A stretch of DNA of 64,000 bases from Thermoplasmatota archaeon. Its GTDB lineage: Archaea > Thermoplasmatota > E2 > DHVEG-1. The stretch lies in the NCBI GenBank assembly GCA_029939595.1, contig JAOZSQ010000002.1, forward strand, positions 2,761 to 66,760, in the 5' to 3' direction. The notes beneath the pieces are model-generated. The model was given only the letters and a program-made list of their open reading frames with translations. It had not been told where the DNA came from and ran no database searches. Within the stretch, counting starts at the first letter, position 1. Each line of letters starts with the position of its first letter. Position numbers and translations under genes: made by a program. Positions 9,259 to 20,344 of the stretch are shown one piece after another.

Positions 9259-10617
9259 TTAGGTTAAAAAGACATTGTTATTCATTTTAAACAATGAATT
9301 ATGGTAATTTATAACATTTTGTGAGGAATCCATTGAAACTCCTCCTTCTTTAAATAATGAATATAGTAGAGCTTGTACTGCAATATTTCCAATTGTTGAC
9401 ATTGATGTATAAGCAGGGTTTCCATTTGCAAAATAAATCAAACCAATATCTTCTGATGGCATATAGAGCATCCATGTATCAACACCCATGATATCTCCTC
9501 CATGGCCCATTGCAGTTTGAGTTTTACTAATGGGATACCCCATCCATGCAAGACCATATCTAAGTGCATTATCGTCTTGGAGATCATGCATCAGGTCAAC
9601 TGTCTCTTTTTCTAGGATACGAGTGTTTTGGTAAACACCATCATTCATATGGGCAATTAGAAAATGAGAAAGATCATTAATTGTTGTATACAGACCGCCT
9701 GCGGGGTAACATCGAATTTTCCAGTGTGACTGTGGAGGGAATAAATCTCCATAAAGAAATGAGAGCTCATTAATCTGATAATATTTACCATAAACCGACA
9801 GGTAGGGAATTGCAACGTTTTCAATGTCTAATGTTGAAAGATTAAAGCTAGTGTTATGCATGTTTAATGGATCAAAAATATATTCTTGGCAATATGGCAA
9901 GAATTTTTCTCCCGAAATTATTTCTGTTAGATATGATATCAGATCAAAACCAACATTAGCATACATTGCCTGCTCTCCCGGTTTATAGATATTGCTCCAT
10001 ACATCTTCATGGTAATATTTACCACCAGGAACCAAGAATTCCTCAAGGAATGGTTCAGGGAAATAATCAAAAGGTGGATCCTCTGAATTATTCATCCAAT
10101 AATACACATCTCTTGTATTCATATTAAGACTTGAAGTATGAGATAGAAGCATACGAAATGATATAGGATCATCAGGGAAATGAGGGTTTCGAAGATCAAA
10201 AGGTAAATAATTATTTACATCCTCCCCTAGATCAAATAAACCTTTTTCATATTGTTGCATTAAGGCAGTTCCAACAATTGTTTTTGTAATCGATGCAATT
10301 AGATAAATCGTATCAGGCGTGGGTTCTTTTTTCTCTGAAAGATCATAAAAACCATATCCCTTAGACCAAACAATCTCATTATCATTAATGATACATGCTG
10401 AAATAGATGGAAACCTTGCAAGCTTCATAAAAAAAGAGATTTTTTGATCAAAAAGAGCATTATTTAAGCTTATTTTTAAGTCAGTAGTTTTTGTGTTAAA
10501 AATATCTTTTGTTTCTTCTATATTATCTGCATTTGATAAAGGAGAAAGAATGCTTATGTTACAAAAAATAAAAAGGATGGAAAAAACAAAAATTTTTTTC
10601 ATTAATCTTTTATCCAT
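9259..10617 (-). CDS. Secreted serine hydrolase, beta-lactamase/S12 family
   Basis: SxxK (ASITK), YAN, HGG, LLSHTS, PAGGL; signal peptide. Confidence 0.9.
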   Translation of the reverse strand: MDKRLMKKIFVFSILFIFCNISILSPLSNADNIEETKDIFNTKTTDLKISLNNALFDQKISFFMKLARFPSISACIINDNEIVWSKGYGFYDLSEKKEPTPDTIYLIASITKTIVGTALMQQYEKGLFDLGEDVNNYLPFDLRNPHFPDDPISFRMLLSHTSSLNMNTRDVYYWMNNSEDPPFDYFPEPFLEEFLVPGGKYYHEDVWSNIYKPGEQAMYANVGFDLISYLTEIISGEKFLPYCQEYIFDPLNMHNTSFNLSTLDIENVAIPYLSVYGKYYQINELSFLYGDLFPPQSHWKIRCYPAGGLYTTINDLSHFLIAHMNDGVYQNTRILEKETVDLMHDLQDDNALRYGLAWMGYPISKTQTAMGHGGDIMGVDTWMLYMPSEDIGLIYFANGNPAYTSMSTIGNIAVQALLYSLFKEGGVSMDSSQNVINYHNSLFKMNNNVFLT

Positions 10618-10644
10618 AACACATCAACATTCTAAAAAAACTGC

Positions 10645-12075
10645 TTAATATCCTCCAATCATTAAACTAGGATCTCCCATCATAATATATGATTGTAGTA
10701 CCTGTACATCCACCCATGTATCTCTAAGGATCGTATCATCTGTTGCATGCCAATCAACAGGATATGTATCTAAATACCAATTCATCGCTTGTTTTAAGAC
10801 ATCTCCTGCATGATCAGTACCTAGCGTCCCATATTGATGAAACAGTTCCCTTTCAAATTCATTGATACCACCTGCAAAACTTGTTTTATCTTCTTGGGTG
10901 TGACCAAGAGCAGTTGTTCCATAGGTGACAATTGATCCACCTTGCGGGTTTTTTGTCATAAGCCAACCCCAACCATTAGGGATCCATTCATATCGGTAAA
11001 TTAATTTTTCTGTTAAAAAACCTAGGCCATGTTCCATGAAACCTGCTAAAAGTTTATCTAAACCTACATCAAATTGACAGTTATGACATCCACTTACAAT
11101 ACATATTGAATAAAGCTCTGAATTTGAGAGTTTTTTTATGTCTTTTGTGTTCAATCCATCTATAAATTCATGGTCATTGGGTTTATGAGTCCCCCATGAT
11201 TTAGGGCTTCCATGTCCAACGAAATATACAAATCCATAACCTTTGTTGAATTCATTAATGACATCATTAGGCTCTGAAAATCCGTCTTCTGATAAATACA
11301 TCCTGGTAGGGGTAAAACCAGTCATGTTTTCAATAGCATATTCAGCAAATATCTCGCCTTCATATCCTTTCCATAATGGATTTAGGCTTTCAAGATATGT
11401 GTCTCCTGCAATGTTAAGAAAAGTATTAAATCGATCTATATTTTTTGTCTCAGTCTCATAATGTATAATTTTATTAACCATTATTTCGACTTCATTTATG
11501 TTTCGACATGGAATCCTTCCAAGGGAGATATCTGGACATAAGTCAATGTCCTGATCATCTGGAATTTCTCCTTCGATCCATTCACCATATCGTCCATCTC
11601 GGTCTGAATCCCAACTGGAAAACTTACCGCATGAATCATAGATATCTGCAAAATAAAGATCACTGACATAATGTGGTTCCCATCCATTGTTCATGTCTAC
11701 ATAACGAACAGGTAGATGCCAAGATCCTCTTTGTCCTTGTTTACCACCGACTAGTAATACATAAGAAATATCGTTATATTCTATTGCAGATTTGATATAA
11801 TACTTCATTTTTTCAGCATCATCCCTACCCATTGCAGTATCAGGATGAGCAAGAATGGTTTCAAGAGTAACCATCATTGTTTCAATCCCAAATTGTTCTT
11901 TATGTTCTACAAGTGGCTGAAGTGTTTGTTCAAAATCAGCAGGAGTGATGATCAATAAATCTTTCAGTTCAATTGTAGTTGTTTCTGCTTTAAAAACTGA
12001 TCCTGTAAGGCTCCCAGTCATTAATAGGACAATTGTGAAACAGGATGTCAATCCGATGAATGTTCTATTTTTCAT
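10645..12075 (-). CDS. Secreted C25 (gingipain-family) cysteine peptidase
   Basis: YVLLVGG, SDLYFAD, LGRIP, His FVGHGS, Cys SGCHN, C-terminal GDPSL. Confidence 0.9.
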   Translation of the reverse strand: MKNRTFIGLTSCFTIVLLMTGSLTGSVFKAETTTIELKDLLIITPADFEQTLQPLVEHKEQFGIETMMVTLETILAHPDTAMGRDDAEKMKYYIKSAIEYNDISYVLLVGGKQGQRGSWHLPVRYVDMNNGWEPHYVSDLYFADIYDSCGKFSSWDSDRDGRYGEWIEGEIPDDQDIDLCPDISLGRIPCRNINEVEIMVNKIIHYETETKNIDRFNTFLNIAGDTYLESLNPLWKGYEGEIFAEYAIENMTGFTPTRMYLSEDGFSEPNDVINEFNKGYGFVYFVGHGSPKSWGTHKPNDHEFIDGLNTKDIKKLSNSELYSICIVSGCHNCQFDVGLDKLLAGFMEHGLGFLTEKLIYRYEWIPNGWGWLMTKNPQGGSIVTYGTTALGHTQEDKTSFAGGINEFERELFHQYGTLGTDHAGDVLKQAMNWYLDTYPVDWHATDDTILRDTWVDVQVLQSYIMMGDPSLMIGGY

Positions 12076-12180
12076 ATATAATTCCCCTTATATTATTGAA
12101 TGTAATTTAACCTTAATAAAGATTTACAAATAAAAATAGGACGAAACGTAATTAATATCTAAGGGCATTTGAGTTTTGAT

Positions 12181-13701
12181 TTAAGGATATCCACCGATAC
12201 GAAGACTTGGATCACCAAACAAGGTCCATTCAGAAGGAGTTTTTGCATCAATTGATGCATCAGACCCTGCGGGCTGATTCCAATCAATAGGATACTCCTC
12301 AATATAATTAGAAACAGATTGCATCCATACATCACCCAGACATTCATGACGTTCGTTGCCATATTCAACAAAGAACTGAATATCCATAAAATCTCCTGCC
12401 CCATCCATAGAATCCTTGTCTTCCTTGCTCATCCCCAGACCCGTGTTTGATATTGTTGCAATACTGCCTCCAAAAGGATGACTTGTTAACTTCCATGCCC
12501 AACATTCCCTGCCCCATTCACCATAATTCACAGGTTCATCACTTAAATGAAGATCAAAAAGAACTCGATGAAGAAACTTAATTGGTTCAACATCAAATTG
12601 TCCATTATGGCAGGCAGGAGCAACAACTATAGGAAGTTTATATCCATTCATCAAAAAGTTCATATGATAATTTTTCAAGCCCCATATTGTCGGATCATCA
12701 GGACCTGCATTTGGACCATGAGTACCCCAAGCAATAGGTGATGCATGACCATCAAAATGCATAAACCCACAACCTTTATTAATCGTTTTAATAACATCTA
12801 TTGGACCATTAAACTCTCCATTTGACGTCCAAAGTCTAATAGGAGTAAATCCAGTCATGTTTTCAATGGAGCGCTCAGTGTTTTCCTCACCTTCAAATGG
12901 ATCTGTATTAAATTCATACTCACCTGGTGGATAGGTATCTCCTGCAACACAAACAAAACGATTGAACCATTCCTCACCATAAGTATTTGTTTCATAATGA
13001 ATGATTTTATTGACCATAGTTTTTACTTCAAAGCTGTTTCTGCAGGCAAGCCTGCCAAGGGCAACTTCTGGAAAAAGATCAATATCAGTGTCTTGTGCAT
13101 GTGAACCATACCATTCACCAAAAACATTATTGTTATTACTATTCCAATCAGAAAAACCACCTGAATCATCATAAATATCAGCATAATAAAGCTCAGATAT
13201 ATAACGGGGTTCATAATAATCCGAAGGCTCATTACTGTAAATATATCGAATAGGCATTAATCTAAAATCACCTACCAATAATACGAAATGTACATCCCAA
13301 TAATCATAAGCATATTTAATGAAATATTTGATTTTTTCAGGGTTATCACGACCATGCCAAAACATCTCATCATAAACTGTTGAAAGTGAGACTAATTTTG
13401 TATTCAAACCCATCTGCTCTTTATGTTCTACAAGTGGCAATAAAAGATCATGAAAACTGTCGGGGGTGAGGATTAGAAGATCATAGATTGAATCTTGATT
13501 AGTAGAAGGTTTTGATATTGTAGAGGGAAGAGAGGTATACAAAAGTATGAAAATAATTCCCAATATTATGATTTTTTTATTTACTGCTTTTCTTAAAATA
13601 TAGGCCCCATTCATATAGTACATAATATATTCATTATCCTTAATAAAATATACGGAAATTTTTATATCTGAATATTTGATTTTTCTACAAATGAAAAACA
13701 A
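12181..13701 (-). CDS. Secreted C25 cysteine peptidase (true start probably about 13614-13623)
   Basis: FVLLVGD, SELYYAD, LGRL, FDGHAS, PACHN, LFGDPSL; paralog of the neighbouring gene. Confidence 0.9.
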   Translation of the reverse strand: MFFICRKIKYSDIKISVYFIKDNEYIMYYMNGAYILRKAVNKKIIILGIIFILLYTSLPSTISKPSTNQDSIYDLLILTPDSFHDLLLPLVEHKEQMGLNTKLVSLSTVYDEMFWHGRDNPEKIKYFIKYAYDYWDVHFVLLVGDFRLMPIRYIYSNEPSDYYEPRYISELYYADIYDDSGGFSDWNSNNNNVFGEWYGSHAQDTDIDLFPEVALGRLACRNSFEVKTMVNKIIHYETNTYGEEWFNRFVCVAGDTYPPGEYEFNTDPFEGEENTERSIENMTGFTPIRLWTSNGEFNGPIDVIKTINKGCGFMHFDGHASPIAWGTHGPNAGPDDPTIWGLKNYHMNFLMNGYKLPIVVAPACHNGQFDVEPIKFLHRVLFDLHLSDEPVNYGEWGRECWAWKLTSHPFGGSIATISNTGLGMSKEDKDSMDGAGDFMDIQFFVEYGNERHECLGDVWMQSVSNYIEEYPIDWNQPAGSDASIDAKTPSEWTLFGDPSLRIGGYP

Positions 13702-15952
13702 AGAATTCTAGTGTATCAAACATGACGTTATTGTTTCTATATGCTGCTGCTTTTAATGTAAATGTTCCAAACCCCTTTTCAGAAAATTCCCATTTAAATG
13801 GTGGATTCATAACAGTTTCTCTTAATTCATCATCAAGGCTAAAAACAACATAATCAAACCCTTCATTTTCTGATAATATTGACTCTATTTGAAAAGTAAG
13901 GGACCCAAGAGAAATAATCTTATCTGAATCAAATATCTTATTTCCAAAAAGATAAAACCCTGGCAAAGGTTCTGAAATCTCAATCTGAAAAATATCTTGT
14001 TGTATCGTATCAACCTGATTATCTTTATTGAAAATATTTAGAGTTACAGTATAAGACCTGTTTTTCTTAAAAGAATAGTTGGGGGTTTTTTCACTAGTAG
14101 TATTACCATCTCCAAAATCCCAGATCCGATTAGAAATACATCCTCTGGACATATCAGTAAATTGTATTGTTAGATTAGTTCCATCATCTAATTGATTAAA
14201 GCTAAAATCTGCAAAAAGAGGATTATTTTCCCAAAGATGCAATGAGGGATCTCCAAGTAGATTATAGCATTCCATGTAATATCTGCTATTTCCTGATCCC
14301 CCATGAGTGGTATATAATTTTTGAAGACTTGCAGAAGTCATACCTCCAATAGTTGTTATGTTATCATCCCACCAAGATGAAAAAAGGAATCGTTCTAGGT
14401 CATCATCCTCATCCCACATAGTAAGAGTTGAAGATCCAAAGAAGCCAATTGATCCTTTATTAGATTCCACTAACCATGTTTCACCAAAACATTCATCTAT
14501 TAAAAAATTTCCAGTTAAACATGAAAATGAACAGACAAAGGGAAATAAGTTAGCATCTGAAAGATCACTTAGATCATTTCTATTAAATTTAGGACCATCT
14601 TCCCATCCAGCCATACTACCATGACCTGAATATATAATTAAACCACGACCATCATTAATCGCATCAATAACCTGATTTGTTGTTGCCTTATATGCAGCAG
14701 TATAAAGTTTATCACAACTGTAATTTCTGGGATTTAAATAAGTGTCAATAACATAATTGTGTGTCCCCTCAGAAATTCGATGTTCATCTTGAGATGCTAG
14801 AAAAGATGCATTTTTAACATAATGTTTCTGAAAGTTACCACTTTGATACAAAATAGTTTTATTAACCATGTTTTTAACATGTGTTTCATCTGATGCAGGA
14901 AATCTTCCAGTAATAATGTCTGCAAAAAGATCATTGTCTATTGTGCTATAATAAAGATCTGTGGCAGATTTTGAGTCTTCACCTTTAAATGTTGGAATGT
15001 ATTCAATGTCTCCTACTAAAAGAAGGTAAACAGGAGGTATACTCCAAGAATTATATGCTGATTTAATGAAAGATTGTATAGTTTTTGAAGTGAGATTATC
15101 CCCAATAAAAGAAGTATTTACTATGGTAACAGCATATCCCTCCGTTTCTTTATATTTGGCAAATGGGAGAATTTCTTGATAAAAATCATCATAGGTTAGA
15201 ATAAGATAACCTTCTTTTTCGTTTGGAATTGTTGTTTTAGAATTACTGTTTGAATTCAAAAAAAGAAAGCTGGTTAATTGTTGAAATGTCTCTGATTCAT
15301 ATTTTTTTCCCAACGGTGTATTCTCGGATGAGGATTGAGAATATATGATTTCAATCTCACATGAAGTTAAAACCTGCAGATCACCTGTTGAAGGTTTATA
15401 TCTGACTGGAGAGATCTCAATAAGTGCAAAATGATGATTTCTAATATTTCCTGTCTCCAAGATTATAACGGTTTCATCTGACATATAATACTCATTGGAG
15501 TAATATTCATGATCAATGATTGAGATTTCATTTTTGAAAGAAGATACTTTTTCTTGTGATGGCTGTAAAGGAATTATCATAGAAGGGAAATTTTCATCTA
15601 TTAATGAAATATCATCCCAAGATTGAGAATTGATATTCACTACTGCTTGTACGTTTGGTGGCAATTCAATCATCCTTCTAATTTTTGGAAGTTTAGCAAT
15701 GCCAATCTCTGTTGAAAAACCTTCATTTAAATATGAAATGTGAGAAAATGATCCTTCATCTGTTTCAATTAATGTAATTGTTGGAGAGGGTAGAGAAATA
15801 GAAAGTTTTATGAAATCATTATTTTGGTTTTGATTAATTTCAATATATGAAGATTGTGGGATATATTTTGCATTAAGTGAAATAAACCCTGACCCTAGTA
15901 ATAGAATACCGATAAGAATTACACTTTTTATTCGATGTATTCTTTGTTTCAT
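13685..15952 (-). CDS. C25 peptidase with propeptide, PKD and C-terminal Ig-like domain
   Basis: Gingipain-type propeptide (G..KLP), YLLLVGD, TDLYY, YSGHGS, FSCLTG, LLGDPSL, WDFGDG. Confidence 0.92.
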   Translation of the reverse strand: MKQRIHRIKSVILIGILLLGSGFISLNAKYIPQSSYIEINQNQNNDFIKLSISLPSPTITLIETDEGSFSHISYLNEGFSTEIGIAKLPKIRRMIELPPNVQAVVNINSQSWDDISLIDENFPSMIIPLQPSQEKVSSFKNEISIIDHEYYSNEYYMSDETVIILETGNIRNHHFALIEISPVRYKPSTGDLQVLTSCEIEIIYSQSSSENTPLGKKYESETFQQLTSFLFLNSNSNSKTTIPNEKEGYLILTYDDFYQEILPFAKYKETEGYAVTIVNTSFIGDNLTSKTIQSFIKSAYNSWSIPPVYLLLVGDIEYIPTFKGEDSKSATDLYYSTIDNDLFADIITGRFPASDETHVKNMVNKTILYQSGNFQKHYVKNASFLASQDEHRISEGTHNYVIDTYLNPRNYSCDKLYTAAYKATTNQVIDAINDGRGLIIYSGHGSMAGWEDGPKFNRNDLSDLSDANLFPFVCSFSCLTGNFLIDECFGETWLVESNKGSIGFFGSSTLTMWDEDDDLERFLFSSWWDDNITTIGGMTSASLQKLYTTHGGSGNSRYYMECYNLLGDPSLHLWENNPLFADFSFNQLDDGTNLTIQFTDMSRGCISNRIWDFGDGNTTSEKTPNYSFKKNRSYTVTLNIFNKDNQVDTIQQDIFQIEISEPLPGFYLFGNKIFDSDKIISLGSLTFQIESILSENEGFDYVVFSLDDELRETVMNPPFKWEFSEKGFGTFTLKAAAYRNNNVMFDTLEFFVFHL

Positions 15953-16239
15953 GTTTTGCTCCTTTTTCCAATAAAGATCATTATTAATATCGTTAATACC
16001 ATATTAAAAAGTGTGGGTGATATCATTAATTTTTATAATTTAAACATAGCTTTTAGATAACTTTCAATAAGAAAATTGAAATGTAAAAAAATATGATGAT
16101 GAAATAATCATTTAGAAATTAACGAAACAACAAAAGGACATTGTAAAGAAATTAGATGTCATAGTACCTAAAAAACTGGGAGTTTAGGATATTATAAGAA
16201 TATTTATTATATTAAAACATTCAAATACAAATAATTGGT

Positions 16240-16290
16240 CAAAAAAAAGAAAAAAAGAGAGGAGGGTGGGTTTTATTGTTTAAAACCCAT
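16240..16290 (-). terminator. Hairpin plus pyrimidine/U tract terminator of the 1347-aa gene
   Basis: TGGGTTTTA-N5-TAAAACCCA (16267-16289) followed on the minus strand by CCCTCCTCTCTTTTTTTCTTTTTTTT. Confidence 0.65.
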
Positions 16291-16300
16291 TAGGATTTGT

Positions 16301-19300
16301 TTAGTATCCATATGTTTTGAATGTAAATTCATACATTGTTGGAAGGTCCCGCCAGAGGCCTCCACTGTCACGTGTGAACCAGAAAGATCCATCATTGTAC
16401 TGATTTCCAAATGCATAACCCCATTCATAACCAAAGCTTGTGGTTACACCACTTGGTGCTGGAGGACAGACAATTAAGTAATCTGTTCCGGGTGTTACTG
16501 TGGTGTCTTCGAAATCAATGTTTAACCACGTCCAACCGCTTGGCGCACTCGTATTAGTGATTGTAACCGTGTCTAACAATGTTCCAGTAGGACTATTTTC
16601 CCTTAGTTCAACAATAAGGTCAAATTCTGGATTACCAAACTTTCTTAGGTAAATATCAACACTAGTTATAACTGACTTTGTTGGCAAGTAACTTTGTGCT
16701 CCGGCCCAATCACCATCGATAGCGTGACGAATTGGGAACCCACGATCAAACACGATTTGATTTATGTCTAATTCAATTGTGAGACCGCCAACACAATCTC
16801 CATATGGATACTCATCATCAAGCCATGGTAAAAATGTTACATTGTCACTAACTTGATCTCCAATTCCACTTGGATTACTGACCTGTGTTGGACCAGTTAT
16901 ATCGCCCCACCAGTTGCAGGTAGCATCTACGATTTCTCCGTTATCATTTCGTAAACCATATAATGCATTTCCATAGATGTTGTTGTAGTTAACATTTAAA
17001 ATGGATCCAGTTGGAAGACTTCCATACTGATCATATAACGTATCATAAACGCAAACACCGTTATCAAAACCGGTTATATCATTGCCGATAATGTCCATTT
17101 CTAAAACATCAGATGGCCAAAATAAATCACTTTTATGATTTATTACAATTCCTGATGAAGGCACTTCACCAGCCCCTGTCGTATTACCGCCATTTAAATT
17201 GTTATTTTCAACTATTGTATTTGTAAATGGCCCCTCCCAAGCAGATAATTTAATGCCGTACATGGCATCATCATAAGCACCTCCACTGAATGTTATTTCG
17301 TTATTTGTTACAGCGATTTCACAAGATTCGAGTTTACAATAGGTCCTGAAATCTATCATTGCAACATTTGCTCCAACATCCGAGTTTTGTGTTATGATAT
17401 TATCATCAATTTCTATTGGACCATCAAATGATATGTTCTCATCATGTCCGATACCGCCGATGAATCTAACAGAAGAGCTCCATATGGAATTGGTAAAGAT
17501 GTTTTCATAGATCTCAAAGCTTCCAATTGTTGCATTGCAGCCATAATTCCAGACATAAACACCACGTCCATATTCAGTAAATAAATTATCAGTCACAACA
17601 ACGTTTTCAATATCAAAATTCTCATCATCACCATCTCCAATATAAACACCAGAGACACAGGCAACACAATCACTTAATTGGAATGGTCCGAATGTATTAC
17701 CAATCACATCTAGACCATCAATAGCAGAGCTTAAATAAATTCCAACAAAGAGCCTATCAAAAGTGGAACCTGTTACTTCAAAATCATTAAGATTGAAGCT
17801 ATTTCCAGCAAAAATTCCAATACCTCTAGAAGATGATGTATGAACCATTGCAATAAAGTCAGAATCTATGACTGATAAGCCAGTGAATGAAGTATGGATA
17901 TTGATACCATATGCATTAGTTCCGGAATTGCCCAGGTTATTGAAATCAACGTTTTCAACTGTTAATCCTGAGGATGCACCAGATACAATACTAATACCTT
18001 CTACTAATTGAACATCATCAGTTAATTCAATATCTTGAATAGTAACGTCATTAGCTGATACTGTCATCAATGGTGATGATTTTGCAGTTGATTTAATAAA
18101 GGTTTGATCATCACCTGAACCAATAATTGTAAGGCTTTTATCGATGGAAATAGCTTCATCATATGTTCCCGCTGCAACATAAACAGTTCCACCTTCACAA
18201 ACACGGTCAACAGCTGTTTGAATGGTTAATACATGATCCCAGTCATACCAGCTGCTTGCTGCATCATCATCGACCCATACTGGATCAGCGCATAATCCAC
18301 CAACACAATCACCATCCGGATATGATTTATCAAGCCATGGGATATAATCAATAGAACCGACTACTTCTTGTACTGCATCGCCAGTTCCAGGGCCATCCCC
18401 ACTTGGACCAGAGATATCATTGTACCAGTTACATTCAGCTATAATCTCTGCTTGCATTTGGTTGATAAGTCCACCATATGCACTGCCATCAATTCCAGAA
18501 TAATGTTGCACGTTACCTACGATATTACAGTCTTCAATTGTTACATTAGTTGGTCCAAGATTTTCTTTTCCAGGTTCACCAAATCGCATACCTCGTTCAT
18601 TGTTTGTAAATGTACATTCAGTCACTAAAACTTCATTACAATGTGCTGGATATGTTGTATAACCGCCAGATGGATTATTACCAGTACCACGTTCTTTTAC
18701 TGTAAGACCTACTCCTTCTTTTGATTCATCAATCGCATTATCAGTAAAAACACAAGTATCAAACACAAAGTTTTCATATGTTCCGGATTTCAAATTTATG
18801 TCAATACCTGCGCTCCAAGGAGCAAAATGAGAAGGTAAAACACTAGAATCAAAACCATTTTCTTCAATCGAACAATCAGTAAAAGTTGCGTCTGAAAGTT
18901 TTTCAGCATAGATTCCCTTATGATTATTATGATTAAACGTAGTGTCTGAAACACTCACATACTGAACTGTACTTGTATCGGCACTAACCTGTTTATGTAA
19001 ATACCAACCATATGTAAGGTCATCAAATGATGAATCAACAACGGTTAAATGTGATAATGATGATGTTGTATCAACATAAAGTCCTCTTTCTTGTTCGGTT
19101 GATGGATTTGTATTTGTTCCAATCACCCGTACATTATCTAGTTTGATATATTCCACAATTGTTGCTGTATCTTCACAGAAAAGACCTACCGAGAAACCAG
19201 CAAGACTTATTGGTTCAACTCGAATATCTTTAAACAATATTGGTTGTGTGTCAGAAAGACCAGAAGCAGTTATTTGAACAACACCAACATCTGAATCTCC

Positions 19301-20344
19301 GGCACCAGCAGCATTTTGTGTGATAATTGTTCCGCTTGTGCTACTACCAGTACCAATGAATGAAAGACGTTTATTAACAAGAATATTTTCATTATAAGTC
19401 CCTGTATCTATGTTTATTATATCAGCATTAGATGAAGCATCAATAGCATCTTGAATGAGCATACCAGGGATTACATAATAATTATCCTCAATTGGAACAT
19501 TATAAATTATCATGTTTTCATATGGGAACCCCGAAATCATCATCCCATTAGCAAATGTTTTCGCATCAGTTAATGTTTCCTGATAATACCATTGTTTATA
19601 GTTCCAAATACCTGTTCTTAGACCATATACCACATAATCAAATTCATCCGGAATATCAACATTAATAAAATCACCATATGGAGGATCCTGTTCAAATAAT
19701 AAAGGCGCAGGTTCATCAGCATCAAAAGATCCACTGAAATCAATATTCTCTGCATTTTCATTAACTGCTTGAATACTTACTCCACCCCATGGATTGTTAC
19801 TTGTAGTAATATCTGAGATAGAAATATTATTTGAATCAAGAACCATGATACCAAAACCACCAACAGTATCAACAACCACAATGTTTGATAGAATTGCTGT
19901 ATCAATTGTATGTAAGTCAACACCAGTTTTTCCAGAATCTTCTACACGAATGTTTTCAAGAGTGATATTACTTACATGGGAAACTTTAAAACCATAATTA
20001 CTAGATCCAATAAGAGTAACATCTTTAAATGTTGAATTGTCGCCAAAGTTGCTAATTGCATAAACTGAAAAACCACTTGCATTAATAATGGTACTTCCAA
20101 CTCCTGCCCCATCAATCGTTAATTCTTTTCCATTAAGATTAATAGTTTCAATATAAGTACCAGCTGCGATAATTATTTCATCACCATCGGATGCTGCATT
20201 AATTGCTGCTTGAATGGTTGAATAATCTCCAGGTACATTTATGGTTGCTGCACTTGCTGTTGGTAAAAATGCTAACGCACTTAGACACATTGTCACTACA
20301 ACTGCGAAAATCATCAGCTTCTTTAAATTCTTTTTTTCTTTCAT
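16301..20344 (-). CDS. Large secreted multi-module right-handed beta-helix (pectin lyase-like) surface protein
   Basis: Signal peptide; three (T/L)IQ.AI/V...I.I.AGTY.E.I beta-helix caps; repeated CNW..D..GP...PWLD..YP.GDCVGGL linkers; C-terminal beta-rich domain. Confidence 0.85.
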   Translation of the reverse strand: MKEKKNLKKLMIFAVVVTMCLSALAFLPTASAATINVPGDYSTIQAAINAASDGDEIIIAAGTYIETINLNGKELTIDGAGVGSTIINASGFSVYAISNFGDNSTFKDVTLIGSSNYGFKVSHVSNITLENIRVEDSGKTGVDLHTIDTAILSNIVVVDTVGGFGIMVLDSNNISISDITTSNNPWGGVSIQAVNENAENIDFSGSFDADEPAPLLFEQDPPYGDFINVDIPDEFDYVVYGLRTGIWNYKQWYYQETLTDAKTFANGMMISGFPYENMIIYNVPIEDNYYVIPGMLIQDAIDASSNADIINIDTGTYNENILVNKRLSFIGTGSSTSGTIITQNAAGAGDSDVGVVQITASGLSDTQPILFKDIRVEPISLAGFSVGLFCEDTATIVEYIKLDNVRVIGTNTNPSTEQERGLYVDTTSSLSHLTVVDSSFDDLTYGWYLHKQVSADTSTVQYVSVSDTTFNHNNHKGIYAEKLSDATFTDCSIEENGFDSSVLPSHFAPWSAGIDINLKSGTYENFVFDTCVFTDNAIDESKEGVGLTVKERGTGNNPSGGYTTYPAHCNEVLVTECTFTNNERGMRFGEPGKENLGPTNVTIEDCNIVGNVQHYSGIDGSAYGGLINQMQAEIIAECNWYNDISGPSGDGPGTGDAVQEVVGSIDYIPWLDKSYPDGDCVGGLCADPVWVDDDAASSWYDWDHVLTIQTAVDRVCEGGTVYVAAGTYDEAISIDKSLTIIGSGDDQTFIKSTAKSSPLMTVSANDVTIQDIELTDDVQLVEGISIVSGASSGLTVENVDFNNLGNSGTNAYGINIHTSFTGLSVIDSDFIAMVHTSSSRGIGIFAGNSFNLNDFEVTGSTFDRLFVGIYLSSAIDGLDVIGNTFGPFQLSDCVACVSGVYIGDGDDENFDIENVVVTDNLFTEYGRGVYVWNYGCNATIGSFEIYENIFTNSIWSSSVRFIGGIGHDENISFDGPIEIDDNIITQNSDVGANVAMIDFRTYCKLESCEIAVTNNEITFSGGAYDDAMYGIKLSAWEGPFTNTIVENNNLNGGNTTGAGEVPSSGIVINHKSDLFWPSDVLEMDIIGNDITGFDNGVCVYDTLYDQYGSLPTGSILNVNYNNIYGNALYGLRNDNGEIVDATCNWWGDITGPTQVSNPSGIGDQVSDNVTFLPWLDDEYPYGDCVGGLTIELDINQIVFDRGFPIRHAIDGDWAGAQSYLPTKSVITSVDIYLRKFGNPEFDLIVELRENSPTGTLLDTVTITNTSAPSGWTWLNIDFEDTTVTPGTDYLIVCPPAPSGVTTSFGYEWGYAFGNQYNDGSFWFTRDSGGLWRDLPTMYEFTFKTYGY

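Noticed and set aside
13624-13701. Apparent overlap or fusion of two C25 genes
   Set aside because: The ORF caller extended to an upstream start; the signal peptide begins near 13600 and the upstream gene has its own stop, so no frameshift is needed.
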